A stretch of 36,597 bases of DNA from Methylophagaceae bacterium (GCA_041600795.1 JBFIJJ010000001.1:1-36597), one strand, 5' to 3'. Positions 11,700-21,911 are shown, counted from the first letter of the stretch. Made by a program: numbers and translations. The notes: a model not told the origin generated them from the sequence alone.

Positions 11700-12911
11700 T
11701 TACTTTTTCTTCCTTGCTGCAATTCTTAACCTTAATGCGTTCAATTTAATGAAGCCTTCTGCATCTTTTTGATTATAAGCACCAGCATCATCTTCAAAGG
11801 TTGCAATTGATTCATCAAACAAACTATTCGTTTCTGATGCGCGACCAGCCACAATTACATTACCTTTATAGAGTTTAATTTTAACCTTTCCATTCACTGT
11901 TTGCTGTGACTGATCGATCATAGTTTGAAGTAGTTCACGTTCTGGTGACCACCAATAACCATTATAGATAAGACTTGCATAGCGAGGCATCAATTCATCT
12001 TTAAGATGTGCGACTTCACGGTCTAAGGTCAGTGATTCAATAGCACGGTGTGCACGCAACATGATTGTGCCTGCTGGTGTTTCGTAACAACCACGAGACT
12101 TCATTCCGACATAACGATTTTCAACCATGTCTAAACGACCTACACCATTTTCGCCACCAACTTTATTTAAATATTCCATCACTTGGAAAGGAGACATAGC
12201 TTCGCCATTAATGGCAACAATATCACCCTGTTTATAATCTAATTCTAAGTAGGTAGGTGTATCAGGTGCTTGTTCAGGTGACACCGTCCAGCGCCACATA
12301 TCCGCTTCAGGTTCATTCCATGGATTTTCAAGAATGTCACCTTCATATGAAATATGTAATGCATTTGCATCCATTGAATAAGGTGATTTTTTACCACGCT
12401 TCATTTCTACTGCAATACCATTCTTTTCTGCATAATCCAGTAATTTCTGACGTGAATTTAGATCCCACTCACGCCATGGTGCAATCACTTTAATATCTGG
12501 GTTTAGTGCATAAGCGCCTAATTCAAAACGAACTTGGTCATTACCTTTGCCTGTCGCACCATGAGAAATTGCATCAGCACCTGTTTCACGAGCAATCTCA
12601 ATTAAACGTTTTGCAATTAATGGACGAGCAATAGACGTACCTAACAGGTATTCACCTTCATAAATCGTATTGGCTCTAAACATTGGAAAAACATAGTCAC
12701 GTGCAAAATCTTCACGTAAGTCTTCGATATAAATTTCTTTAATGCCTAACGATTTTGCTTTTTCACGCGCTGGTTCAACCTCTTCACCTTGACCAATATC
12801 AGCAGTAAATGTAACAACTTCACAATCGTAAACATCTTGTAACCACTTAAGGATTACAGAAGTATCAAGTCCGCCAGAATAGGCTAATACGACTTTATTG
12901 ATCTTAGACAT
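11700..12911 (-). CDS. argG: Argininosuccinate synthase (about 400-aa type I form)
   Basis: It has the canonical N-terminus [18 protein letters not shown] and a [13 protein letters not shown] motif. The 18-codon upstream extension in the ORF track (to 12965) lacks homology. The ATG at 12911 is preceded by AGGAAA. Confidence 0.95.
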   Translation of the reverse strand: MSKINKVVLAYSGGLDTSVILKWLQDVYDCEVVTFTADIGQGEEVEPAREKAKSLGIKEIYIEDLREDFARDYVFPMFRANTIYEGEYLLGTSIARPLIAKRLIEIARETGADAISHGATGKGNDQVRFELGAYALNPDIKVIAPWREWDLNSRQKLLDYAEKNGIAVEMKRGKKSPYSMDANALHISYEGDILENPWNEPEADMWRWTVSPEQAPDTPTYLELDYKQGDIVAINGEAMSPFQVMEYLNKVGGENGVGRLDMVENRYVGMKSRGCYETPAGTIMLRAHRAIESLTLDREVAHLKDELMPRYASLIYNGYWWSPERELLQTMIDQSQQTVNGKVKIKLYKGNVIVAGRASETNSLFDESIATFEDDAGAYNQKDAEGFIKLNALRLRIAARKKK

Positions 12912-12961
12912 GAGTTTAGAGTTTCCTATAAAAATACTTATAAATAAATGAGTGCATTGTA

Positions 12962-13753
12962 TCAAAAACCGCGTAATGCTAGCACTTCTTTCACATCATG
13001 TCGCTCATTTCCTTTACAACTGATTCTGCGTGGTGCATCAAGATATTTGAGTTTAAAACCCAGATCCTGATATAGCTTTTCAATACGCGCTGTTGCTTGA
13101 TTTGATAAGACAACTGGACCTTGATGCTTAGCTAACCAATGAGCCAGCCTTTGCTGATCTTCCCAACTGAATCCACCCTGAGAATACTGACGAAACGGTA
13201 CATCATAGGGAGGATCAGCATAGATAAAATCATTGCGCTGAATGTCTAATTTTTCAAAATCTAAATTAGTGAATTGCCACTTGGACAGAACAGATTGATA
13301 AGCTGAAAAATCATGTTGATAGTTGATTTTTTTATAACGCCCAAACGGTACGTTATAGCCACCGGACTTATTAAAGCGACACAAGCCATTATAGCCAGTG
13401 CGATTCAGATAATAAAATAATTGAGCTGATGTATTTGCCATATCCAGCTTAACGGTCGAATTATTAAAATCTTTACGATATTGATAATAAATCGACTCAT
13501 CGTTTTGTAAATCAATGTCTATGGTTAAGCCTAATTGAAGCTGCTGATAGAAATTGATTAATGCAGGATTGACATCATTAAGTAATGCTGTTTTTGGCTG
13601 TAAACCAAGTGCAACTGATAAGCCACCACAAAATGGTTCTACTAAACGACGAGAGTGATGTTTTGACCAATGCTTTAATAATACTGGTAATAACCATCTC
13701 TTGCCCCCCGCCCATTTGAGCGGGGGACGTAATGGAATATTTTCTTGAGCCAT
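12962..13753 (-). CDS. dam: Dam-family N6-adenine DNA methyltransferase (MethyltransfD12 type, probably GATC-specific), orphan
   Basis: 263-aa ORF collinear with E. coli Dam. Shared motifs are [12 protein letters not shown], motif [30 protein letters not shown], catalytic DPPY ([11 protein letters not shown]) and a C-terminal VKEVLAL. There is no adjacent endonuclease ORF. Confidence 0.85.
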   Translation of the reverse strand: MAQENIPLRPPLKWAGGKRWLLPVLLKHWSKHHSRRLVEPFCGGLSVALGLQPKTALLNDVNPALINFYQQLQLGLTIDIDLQNDESIYYQYRKDFNNSTVKLDMANTSAQLFYYLNRTGYNGLCRFNKSGGYNVPFGRYKKINYQHDFSAYQSVLSKWQFTNLDFEKLDIQRNDFIYADPPYDVPFRQYSQGGFSWEDQQRLAHWLAKHQGPVVLSNQATARIEKLYQDLGFKLKYLDAPRRISCKGNERHDVKEVLALRGF

Positions 13754-13799
13754 ACGCTACGCCATCTTAGTGACTGTTAGAAGTCGAAACACTTCTTTG

Positions 13800-15554
13800 T
13801 TATTTTGAATGTAGTGTTTTTCTTGGCGGCATAAGATCAGTGATACTACCTTCTGCCATTTCAGCAGCAAAACATAAGGTTTCAGATAAGGTAGGATGTG
13901 GATGGATAGTTAAACCAATATCTTCTGCATCAGCACCCATTTCCAGTGCTAACACAGCTTCAGCAATCAGTTCACCAGCATTTGGCCCAACAATACCAGC
14001 ACCTATTAACTTGCCAGACTCTTTATCAAATAATGCTTTTGTTAAGCCTTCATCACGACCAAGACTTAAACTACGACCACTAGCAGCCCACGGGAAAGCG
14101 CCTTTCACATAGTCTACATTTTGTGCTTTTGCTTCGGTTTCAGTTAAGCCCATCCAAGCAATTTCCGGATCGGTATAGGCAACAGATGGAATCGTCATTG
14201 GGTCAAATGCAGACTTAATACCTGAAATCACTTCTGCGGCAACTTTACCTTCATGTGTTGCTTTATGGGCAAGCATTGGCTGACCAACAATATCTCCGAT
14301 CGCAAAAATATGTGGCACATTGGTACGCATTTGTTGGTCAACTTCAATAAAGCCATAATCATTAACTGCAACACCTGCTGCTTCAGCGTTGATTAGCTTA
14401 CCATTGGGTGAGCGACCTACAGCCACCAGAATCTTGTCAAAGATGGCTGTTTCTGGCGCATCTTTTCCTTCAAACGTAACTTTCATGCCTGATTTTTCAG
14501 GTTCAATCTTCGCTACTTTTGTGTTTAGATAAATCGCTTCATATTGTTCTTGCACACGTTTTAATAACGGTTTAACAATATCTTTATCCGCACCTGGAAT
14601 CAGGCTATCTTGCATTTCAACAATGCTAATTTTTGAACCCAAGGCATTATAAACAGTTGCCATTTCCAGACCGATAATACCACCGCCGATCACTAATAAG
14701 TTTTCTGGAATATTTTCTAGATCGAGCGCATCAGTTGAATCCATCATACGTGGATCATCATTAGGGAATACAGGGATCTTGGTGACACGCGAACCAGCAG
14801 CAATAATACAGTTATCAAATGAAATTGTTTGTGTACCTTCTGCCGTTTCAACTTGTAAGCTGTTGGCACTACTAAACTTGCCTTCACCTCGAACAATCGT
14901 CACTTTACGTTGTTTTGCTAAGGCTTTTAGACCGCCTGTTAATCTATCAACAATGCCGTCTTTCGTATCAGCAATTTTACGAATGTCTATTTCAGGTTTT
15001 GAGAACGTAACACCATAAGCACCCATATGAGCTGCTTCATTGATAATTTGTGCTGTATGTAATAATGCTTTTGATGGAATACAGCCAACATTTAGACAAA
15101 CACCACCAATGCGTTCATGGCGTTCGACCATGACTACTTTCTTGCCTAAGTCAGCAGCTCTAAAGGCTGCGGTATAACCGCCAGGTCCTGAACCCAGCAC
15201 CAATACTTCAGCATGTAAATCCGCATTACTTACATCAATTTTCGCAGCAGGTGCCGGTGCAGGCGTCGCAACTGGCTCTTCTGCTTTAACAGGAGCAGGT
15301 GCTACATCACTACTTGCAGCTGTTTCCAAGGTCATAATGACATCACCTTGTGACACTTTGTCACCAACAGCTACATTCAAAGCAACAACAGTCCCAGCAA
15401 TTTCACTTGGGATCTCCATCGCCGCTTTATCAGATTCTAATGTGATTACATCTTGGTTTGCTGAGATTACATCGCCAACACTGACTAACACATCAATAAT
15501 TTCGACCGCATCGAAATCACCAATATCAGGGACCTTTACCTCAACTACACTCAT
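13800..15554 (-). CDS. lpdA: Dihydrolipoyl dehydrogenase (E3) with an N-terminal lipoyl domain
   Basis: 584-aa ORF. The N-terminal approximately 80 aa form a lipoyl domain (VKVPDIGDF...LESDKAAMEIPS), followed by an Ala/Pro linker. The FAD/NAD disulfide oxidoreductase core follows (GSGPGGY, GGVCLNVGCIPSK, HPHPTLSE). The start overlaps the aceF stop (ATGA). Confidence 0.92.
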   Translation of the reverse strand: MSVVEVKVPDIGDFDAVEIIDVLVSVGDVISANQDVITLESDKAAMEIPSEIAGTVVALNVAVGDKVSQGDVIMTLETAASSDVAPAPVKAEEPVATPAPAPAAKIDVSNADLHAEVLVLGSGPGGYTAAFRAADLGKKVVMVERHERIGGVCLNVGCIPSKALLHTAQIINEAAHMGAYGVTFSKPEIDIRKIADTKDGIVDRLTGGLKALAKQRKVTIVRGEGKFSSANSLQVETAEGTQTISFDNCIIAAGSRVTKIPVFPNDDPRMMDSTDALDLENIPENLLVIGGGIIGLEMATVYNALGSKISIVEMQDSLIPGADKDIVKPLLKRVQEQYEAIYLNTKVAKIEPEKSGMKVTFEGKDAPETAIFDKILVAVGRSPNGKLINAEAAGVAVNDYGFIEVDQQMRTNVPHIFAIGDIVGQPMLAHKATHEGKVAAEVISGIKSAFDPMTIPSVAYTDPEIAWMGLTETEAKAQNVDYVKGAFPWAASGRSLSLGRDEGLTKALFDKESGKLIGAGIVGPNAGELIAEAVLALEMGADAEDIGLTIHPHPTLSETLCFAAEMAEGSITDLMPPRKTLHSK

Positions 15555-16855
15555 AGTAATACCTTTCTAATATCTGACAACATCTGGTTAAGCATAACGG
15601 TGAATCTCGCACCAGCCGCGCCATCGATCACACGATGATCGTATGAAATTGACAATGGCAACATTAATCTTGGTACAAATTCTTTACCATTCCATTCTGG
15701 TTTCATTTTGTGGCGACCAACACCCAAAATAGCAACTTCAGGCGCGTTGACAATAGGTGTAAAGAAACTACCTCCAATACCACCAAGGCTTGAAATCGAG
15801 AAGGTACCACCTTGTAAATCTTTAGCTGTTAACGCACCTTCACGTGCACGTTGACTAATTTCACCTAATTCACCAGCAAGTTCTAAGAAACCTTTTTTAT
15901 CAACATCTTTGATAACAGGAACCATCAAACCATTTGGCGTATCAACAGCCACACCAATGTTGTAATAGTTTTTCAAGATCAAGCTTTCTTTATCTTCACT
16001 TAAAGAAGCATTGAACTCTGGGAACATTTTCAAGCTAGCAACAACGGCTTTGATAATAAAAACTAATGGTGTCAGATTAACGCCACGTTTAGCCGCCATA
16101 TCTTTATTTTCTTTTCTGAACTCTTCAAGTTCAGTGATATCGGCTTCATCAAACTGGGTAACATGTGGAATATTTAACCAGCATGCATGAAGGTGTTTAC
16201 CAGAGATTTTCTTAATACGTGATAAATCTTGTGATTTAACATCACCAAATTGTTCAAAGTTAATGACAGGTACAGGCGGAATTGCTGAACCCGTTGTCGG
16301 CGCAGCAGCAGGTGTTGACATCACTTGTTTGACAAAGTTTTGAACATCTTCTTTCGAAATACGTCCCTTAACACCTGTTCCAACCACTGAACTTAATGTC
16401 ACGCCCAATTCACGTGCAAACTGACGTACAGATGGTGATGCATGTGAGCTTTTAATCCCTGCTTTGCTATCTGGTGCAAAAGGAACAGCTTCAGCTGCTT
16501 GAACAGGATCAGGGCTAGACACGGCAGGAGCTGGCGCTACTGGAGCAACTTTTTCTACTACTGGTGCAGCAGCTTGTTGTTTAGGTTCACTTGGTGCCGC
16601 TGTTGAAACGTCACCATTAGCTTCAACAAGAGCAATAACAGTTCCCTCTTTGACTTTATCGCCAACAGCAATTTTAAGTTCTTTAATTACACCCGCATGA
16701 GATGCCGGAATTTCCATTGCTGCTTTATCAGACTCTAAGGTAATAATATCTTGATTTTTCTCAACACTATCACCAACAGAAACTAAAACCTCAATGATTT
16801 CTACTTCGTCAAAATCACCAATATCAGGAACTTTTAATTCAATTAAATCTGCCAT
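15551..16855 (-). CDS. aceF: Dihydrolipoamide acetyltransferase (PDH E2) with a single lipoyl domain
   Basis: 434-aa ORF with one lipoyl domain (LESDKAAMEIPA), an Ala/Pro linker, an E3-binding domain (ASPSVRQFARELGV) and a catalytic domain (SYDHRVIDGA). Confidence 0.92.
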   Translation of the reverse strand: MADLIELKVPDIGDFDEVEIIEVLVSVGDSVEKNQDIITLESDKAAMEIPASHAGVIKELKIAVGDKVKEGTVIALVEANGDVSTAAPSEPKQQAAAPVVEKVAPVAPAPAVSSPDPVQAAEAVPFAPDSKAGIKSSHASPSVRQFARELGVTLSSVVGTGVKGRISKEDVQNFVKQVMSTPAAAPTTGSAIPPVPVINFEQFGDVKSQDLSRIKKISGKHLHACWLNIPHVTQFDEADITELEEFRKENKDMAAKRGVNLTPLVFIIKAVVASLKMFPEFNASLSEDKESLILKNYYNIGVAVDTPNGLMVPVIKDVDKKGFLELAGELGEISQRAREGALTAKDLQGGTFSISSLGGIGGSFFTPIVNAPEVAILGVGRHKMKPEWNGKEFVPRLMLPLSISYDHRVIDGAAGARFTVMLNQMLSDIRKVLL

Positions 16856-16859
16856 TACC

Positions 16860-19514
16860 TTATGCCTTCGCTCGATTCAATGCATCTGCATTAATGTTAT
16901 ATTTTTTGATTGCTTTTTCAACTACGTCATGACCAATTTCACCTTGATCTGCCAAGCTATTTAAGGTTGCAACCACAACATGATGACGATCTACTTCAAA
17001 GAAATTACGTAATTTCTGACGCGTGTCTGAGCGTCCAAAACCATCGGTACCTAACACGGTATATGGTGCTTTAACCCATGGACGAATTTGCTCTGCATAT
17101 AAACGGATATAGTCAGTTGATGCAACAACGACTCCTGATTCTTGATCCAAGCATTCTGAAACATAGGCGCGTTTCTTCTCAGCTTTAGGATGTAAACGAT
17201 TATAGCGTTCAACATCTTGACCATCACGGGCCAACTCGTTGAAACTTGTTGCACTCCACACCGTTGCTGAAACTTTCCAATCCTGTTCTAAAAGCTCAGC
17301 TGCTGCTTCAACTTCACGCAGAATCGTACCACTACCAAGAAGCTGTGCTTTAAGCTTATGTTTGCCACCCGCTTTAAGTTTATATAAGCCTTTAATGATG
17401 CCTTGTTCCGCACCTTCAGGCATATCAGGATGAATGTAATTTTCGTTCATCGCAGTTAAGTAATAGAACACACTTTCCTGCTCTTCGTACATACGGCGGA
17501 AACCATCATGCACGATCACGGCCATTTCATAGGCATAAGTAGGGTCATAACTAACACAGTTAGGAATCGTACCAGCTTGGATCAAGCTGTGACCATCTTG
17601 GTGTTGTAGACCTTCACCATTGAGAGATGTACGCCCTGCTGTTGCACCAATCAAGAAACCTTTTGCTTGAATATCACCAGCTAACCACGCTAAATCACCA
17701 ACACGTTGGAAACCAAACATTGAATAGTAGATATAAAACGGCACCATATTAACGTTATAGTTTGAATAAGCAGTCGCAGCTGACACCCATTCCGCCATCG
17801 CACCTGCTTCATTGATACCTTCTTGCAAAATCTGACCTTTAGTATCTTCGCGATACCACATCACTTTGCCTGAATCTTCTGGTTCGTATAATTGACCTGA
17901 TGATGAATAAATACCAAACGAACGGAATAAGCCTTCCATACCAAAAGTACGCGCTTCATCAGGAACAATAGGAACAATATTTTTACCAACGCCTTTATCA
18001 CGAATTAACGCGGTTAAAATTCGAACAAAGGCCATCGTGGTTGAAATTTCACGATCACCGCTTGATTTCAACATCGCACTAAAGATATTCAAGTCCGGTG
18101 TTGTTAATGCAGGAGCTGCATTATTACGTTTTGGTAAGAAACCACCTAATTCTTGACGGCGACTTAATAGGTATTTTTTCTCTTCACTGTCATCATCTAA
18201 TTTGATGTATGGAATTTCTTCTACTTGCTCATCTGACAATGGAATATTAAAGCGGTCACGGAACACCTTCATATTCTCTACACCCAAACTCTTCTGAGAA
18301 TGCGTTGTGTTTTGGGCTTCACCAGCATGGCCCATACCATAACCTTTAATTGTTTTAGCTAAGATTACAGTTGGCTGTCCTTTATGATCAACAGCACGTT
18401 TATAGGCTGCATAGACTTTACGTGGATCATGTCCGCCACGACTTAAGTGCCAAATATCCTCATCGGTCATATCCGACACCATTTCTAGTAATTCAGGATA
18501 TTTACCAAAGAAATGTTCACGTACAAACGCACCATCTTTTGATTTATAGTTTTGGTATTCACCATCCACTACTTCTTCCATGCGTTTTAATAAAAGGCCT
18601 TTTTTATCTTTTGCCAATAGTTGATCCCATTCAGATCCCCAAATGACTTTAATAACATTCCAGCCTGCGCCACGGAAAATAGCTTCAAGTTCTTGAATAA
18701 TCTTGCCATTACCACGAACAGGACCATCAAGACGCTGTAAGTTACAGTTAATGACAAAGTTCAAGTTATCAAGCTTTTCACGACCGGCTAATGTGATGGC
18801 ACCTAATGACTCTGGCTCATCCATCTCACCATCACCAAGGTAGGCCCAAACATTACGACCTTCAGTTACAGCCATATCGCGATGTTCCATATATTTCATG
18901 AAACGTGCTTGATAGATAGCCAAAATAGGGCCCAAGCCCATAGATACAGTTGGGAATTGCCAATAATCAGGCATTAGCCATGGATGTGGGTATGAAGATA
19001 AGCCTTTGCCATCTGATTCAAACCGGAAATTATCTAATTGTTCTTCGGTTAAACGGCCTTCAAGGAATGAACGAGCATAGATACCTGGGGAGATATGGCC
19101 TTGGAAAAACACCATGTCCGCTCCATTACCATGGTTATCACCTTTGAAGAAGTGATTAAAACCAACATCATAAAGTGTCGCAGATGAAGCGAAACTGGCA
19201 ATATGTCCACCCACCGCACCAGGCTTAAGGTTAGCCTTAACCACCATCGCCATTGCATTCCAACGAATGTATGAACGCAATTTGTGTTCGATATCTTGAT
19301 TTCCGGTGATACGTTCTTGTTGATCAACAGGAATAGTATTAACGTAGGCTGTATTTGAACTATATGGCAGATTGATGCCAGAGCGGCGCGCCATATCAAT
19401 CAGTTTCTCGATGATGTGATGAGCTTTTTCATCACCTTCTACTTCAATTATAGATTGAAGTGCGTCTAACCATTCTTGTGTTTCTTGCGGATCGTTATCA
19501 ACAAAATCTGTCAT
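16860..19514 (-). CDS. aceE: Pyruvate dehydrogenase E1 component (homodimeric type)
   Basis: Full-length collinearity with E. coli AceE (FQGHISPG, GDGEMDEPES, INCNLQRLDGPV, YIYYSMFGFQR). The ORF opens at 19526. The ATG at 19514 (MTDFVDND...) has a GAAGG SD, so I prefer it. Confidence 0.95.
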   Translation of the reverse strand: MTDFVDNDPQETQEWLDALQSIIEVEGDEKAHHIIEKLIDMARRSGINLPYSSNTAYVNTIPVDQQERITGNQDIEHKLRSYIRWNAMAMVVKANLKPGAVGGHIASFASSATLYDVGFNHFFKGDNHGNGADMVFFQGHISPGIYARSFLEGRLTEEQLDNFRFESDGKGLSSYPHPWLMPDYWQFPTVSMGLGPILAIYQARFMKYMEHRDMAVTEGRNVWAYLGDGEMDEPESLGAITLAGREKLDNLNFVINCNLQRLDGPVRGNGKIIQELEAIFRGAGWNVIKVIWGSEWDQLLAKDKKGLLLKRMEEVVDGEYQNYKSKDGAFVREHFFGKYPELLEMVSDMTDEDIWHLSRGGHDPRKVYAAYKRAVDHKGQPTVILAKTIKGYGMGHAGEAQNTTHSQKSLGVENMKVFRDRFNIPLSDEQVEEIPYIKLDDDSEEKKYLLSRRQELGGFLPKRNNAAPALTTPDLNIFSAMLKSSGDREISTTMAFVRILTALIRDKGVGKNIVPIVPDEARTFGMEGLFRSFGIYSSSGQLYEPEDSGKVMWYREDTKGQILQEGINEAGAMAEWVSAATAYSNYNVNMVPFYIYYSMFGFQRVGDLAWLAGDIQAKGFLIGATAGRTSLNGEGLQHQDGHSLIQAGTIPNCVSYDPTYAYEMAVIVHDGFRRMYEEQESVFYYLTAMNENYIHPDMPEGAEQGIIKGLYKLKAGGKHKLKAQLLGSGTILREVEAAAELLEQDWKVSATVWSATSFNELARDGQDVERYNRLHPKAEKKRAYVSECLDQESGVVVASTDYIRLYAEQIRPWVKAPYTVLGTDGFGRSDTRQKLRNFFEVDRHHVVVATLNSLADQGEIGHDVVEKAIKKYNINADALNRAKA

Positions 19515-19653
19515 AAATACCTTCATTAAAACTTAGCGTCATAAACAGTTCGGTATTGTAACAGTTTTTGTCTTAATCTAGGCACGGTTTAGCTTTAGGA
19601 GCTAATCTGACTGATATTTAAGTATTTTTTATTTTTTCAAAACTTAGAAACCA

Positions 19654-20277
19654 TTATTTAGATACGGTTATAACCGTATTTTGCGAAACTCTGCTTTGAA
19701 AAAAGCGATAGAGGCGTGGCAGTAATAACACACTAAAAATAGCTGCATACAATAAAGGTTCAGCCTTATCTTGTTTAACCAACATATAAAAATGGACTGT
19801 ACTCGCTATTGCAATAAAATACGTGAGTTGATGCAGTTTTTTCCATCGACGACCGCCTAAACGTTTCACCATTTTATTTGTAGATGTAAGTGCTAAAGGA
19901 ATCAACGCCGAATACGTAAAAAATCCAATAGTAATAAAGGGGCGTTTAATAATATCTTTGACAATTTCATTGATATCAAAAAACTGATCCAGCCCTAAAT
20001 ACAGCAACATATGTAGCGTGGCATAAAAGAAGACATATAGACCCAACATACGTCTAAATGGCACTAAATTAATGTCAAAAAGCCATCTAACTGGCGTAAC
20101 AGCCAAGGTCAAACATAAAAACCGTAACGCCCATAAGCCGCTATCTCTGGTTAATGTTTCGATTGGATTGGCACCAAGTTGGTTAGTCAACAAGCCAATA
20201 ATCATCCAAACCAGCGGTAGCAGGCTAATGATAAATAGAATTACTTTCTGTTTCGACACTGACATGATCATAATCAC
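19654..20277 (-). CDS. msrQ: Protein-methionine-sulfoxide reductase heme-binding membrane subunit MsrQ (YedZ)
   Basis: It is a roughly 200-aa polytopic membrane protein directly abutting the msrP stop. Its profile is YedZ-like (LGANPIETLTRDSGLWALRFL, conserved His in TM helices). The start is ambiguous: GTG 20277, ATG 20271 or ATG 20265. Confidence 0.85.
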   Translation of the reverse strand: MIMIMSVSKQKVILFIISLLPLVWMIIGLLTNQLGANPIETLTRDSGLWALRFLCLTLAVTPVRWLFDINLVPFRRMLGLYVFFYATLHMLLYLGLDQFFDINEIVKDIIKRPFITIGFFTYSALIPLALTSTNKMVKRLGGRRWKKLHQLTYFIAIASTVHFYMLVKQDKAEPLLYAAIFSVLLLPRLYRFFQSRVSQNTVITVSK

Positions 20278-21237
20278 TTAAAAGTATTTTTTTAAATCCA
20301 TACCGGTATATAAATGTGCCACCTCATCGCCATAACCATTAAATAGCTCGGTTTTGCGTTTTAGAAACTCACCAATACGGCGTTCGCGGCTTTGACTCCA
20401 ACGGGGATGATCCACATTTGGATTTACATTCGAATAAAAACCATATTCACGTGGTCCGGCTTTCATCCATGCTGATTCAGGTAGTTTTTCAACAAAACGG
20501 ATATTGACGATAGATTTAATACTTTTGAATCCGTATTTCCAAGGCACTACCAATCTGATCGGTGCGCCATTTTGTCCTAATAATTCACGACCATATAGAC
20601 CAACAGACAATATCGTAAGCGGATTCATGGCCTCGTCCATTCTCAATCCTTCTACATAAGGCCAATCCAACACGGCGCGGCGTTGCCCTGGCATTTGTTC
20701 TGGATCATAAAGCGTAGTGAATTGAACAAATTTAGCTTTAGAGTTTGGTTGTGCTCTTTTAATTAAATCTGCTAGTGGAAAACCGACCCACGGAATAACC
20801 ATCGACCAACCTTCTACACAGCGGAAACGATAGATGCGTTCCTCTAAGGTAAAGGGTCGAATAAGATCGTCATAGTCATATTCTCCCGGCTTATCGCATT
20901 CACCATCGATGGTGACACGCCAAGGTTTACTCTTGTCCGGAAACTCCGTTGCTAAAATTGCTGGCGATGCTTTATCTGTTCCAAACTCGTAGAAATTATT
21001 GTAAGTAGTGACAGAATCATAAGCTGTAGGTGATTCTGTAGCTGAATACTCGCTTTTAACCACGTTTTTAAATGTAGGTTCTGGTGTTTCTGCCGCACGC
21101 ACCAATGAGGTTTGTAACATACTCGCTGTCGCTATCGCAGCAGAACCGTTTAAAAATTGTCTGCGATTAAGATAAACCTTGTGATCGGTGATCTCACTGG
21201 CAGGCATTTCACCTAATCTTTTTTTACGTATGTTCAT
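20278..21237 (-). CDS. msrP: Protein-methionine-sulfoxide reductase catalytic subunit MsrP (YedY, periplasmic molybdoenzyme)
   Basis: It has a Tat signal (NRRQFLNG) and strong collinearity with E. coli MsrP ([65 protein letters not shown]). The ATG at 21237 follows GAGGTGA, while the track start at 21246 is a GTG. Confidence 0.9.
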   Translation of the reverse strand: MNIRKKRLGEMPASEITDHKVYLNRRQFLNGSAAIATASMLQTSLVRAAETPEPTFKNVVKSEYSATESPTAYDSVTTYNNFYEFGTDKASPAILATEFPDKSKPWRVTIDGECDKPGEYDYDDLIRPFTLEERIYRFRCVEGWSMVIPWVGFPLADLIKRAQPNSKAKFVQFTTLYDPEQMPGQRRAVLDWPYVEGLRMDEAMNPLTILSVGLYGRELLGQNGAPIRLVVPWKYGFKSIKSIVNIRFVEKLPESAWMKAGPREYGFYSNVNPNVDHPRWSQSRERRIGEFLKRKTELFNGYGDEVAHLYTGMDLKKYF

Positions 21238-21247
21238 AATAATCACC

Positions 21248-21832
21248 TCAACAGTTTGAGTACTTTTTAGCTAACCAGTAATCAATACTGACATAACGAC
21301 CTGCACCAATAAAAAACAATGTCATCAGCATAATAAAATAGGTTGCAGCGAACTCAATACCATTGTTTAGAATGACAAAACTGCCTTTTTCTGTCAGCCA
21401 CTCATAGTTACCATGTTCTTGTAAAATTGAACGGGCCATTTCAAGTTGTGCACTCGGCTCTGCAATAGCCAGCCAGCCATTCTGCCAATGTACTGTAACA
21501 GCAGCCACAATCATCGTAATCATCAAAGGAATACTGACCCAGCGAACGGCTAAGCCGAGTAATAGCAAAATCGCGCCAAAATATTCTGCACCCCATGCTA
21601 AATAAGCCAATACTTCAGGGAAAGGAAGTCCTAATCCCCAGTCAGCGTTGCCAAACCAGTCAATCACACTATCTAGCGAACTATCTTTATCAAAGGGATT
21701 CCACTTATTATTTGAAGCCATCCAAAAAATAGGCACAAGATAGAGACGTAGTGCTAATGGTGCTAAAAAATCAAGCATCCTCGTTTGATTCAATCCCTGC
21801 TGTAAACGATTGACCATGGTGCAAATAAACAT
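21248..21832 (-). CDS. DoxX-family integral membrane protein, of the type that accompanies HvfA/bufferin RiPP clusters
   Basis: 194-aa ORF with about 4 TM helices and DoxX hallmarks ([33 protein letters not shown]-terminal [12 protein letters not shown]). A good SD (AGGAGA) precedes the ATG at 21832. Confidence 0.75.
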   Translation of the reverse strand: MFICTMVNRLQQGLNQTRMLDFLAPLALRLYLVPIFWMASNNKWNPFDKDSSLDSVIDWFGNADWGLGLPFPEVLAYLAWGAEYFGAILLLLGLAVRWVSIPLMITMIVAAVTVHWQNGWLAIAEPSAQLEMARSILQEHGNYEWLTEKGSFVILNNGIEFAATYFIMLMTLFFIGAGRYVSIDYWLAKKYSNC

Positions 21833-21850
21833 GTTTTCTCTCCTATTGCT

Positions 21851-21880
21851 ATAAAAAAGGGCTCAATCAAGAGCCCTTTT
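21851..21880 (-). terminator. Rho-independent terminator/attenuator between the Cys-repeat peptide gene and doxX
   Basis: The minus strand reads AAAAGGGCTC-TTGATT-GAGCCCTTTTTTAT, a 10-bp perfect stem with a GC core, a 6-nt loop and a U-tract. It sits 32 nt after the peptide stop and 19 nt before the doxX start. Confidence 0.7.
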
Positions 21881-21911
21881 CATCACGCTTTATGATTGGG
21901 CTAGATCAATC

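Noticed and set aside
12912-12961. AT-rich dam-argG spacer inspected for an ArgR (ARG box) operator.
   Set aside because: It shows only partial resemblance to the TGAAT-N4-ATTCA-type consensus. It has -10-like hexamers (TACAAT, TATAAG) but no clear paired ARG boxes.
12912-12965. An 18-codon N-terminal extension of the argG ORF that would overlap the dam stop.
   Set aside because: The extension ([18 protein letters not shown]) has no ArgG homology. The canonical ArgG N-terminus starts at ATG 12911, which has an AGGAAA SD.
13765-13790. Hairpin AGAAGT-gtttcg-ACTTCT just after the lpd stop, possibly a PDH operon terminator.
   Set aside because: It is a 6-bp AT-rich stem with no following U-tract on the minus strand, so it is not a convincing intrinsic terminator.
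19528-19647. A 9-nt direct repeat AAAACTTAG (19528-19536 and 19639-19647) flanking the msrQ-aceE intergenic region, and a search for a PdhR box.
   Set aside because: The repeat is short in AT-rich DNA and plausibly arose by chance. No TTGGT-N3-ACCAA-type PdhR operator is present.
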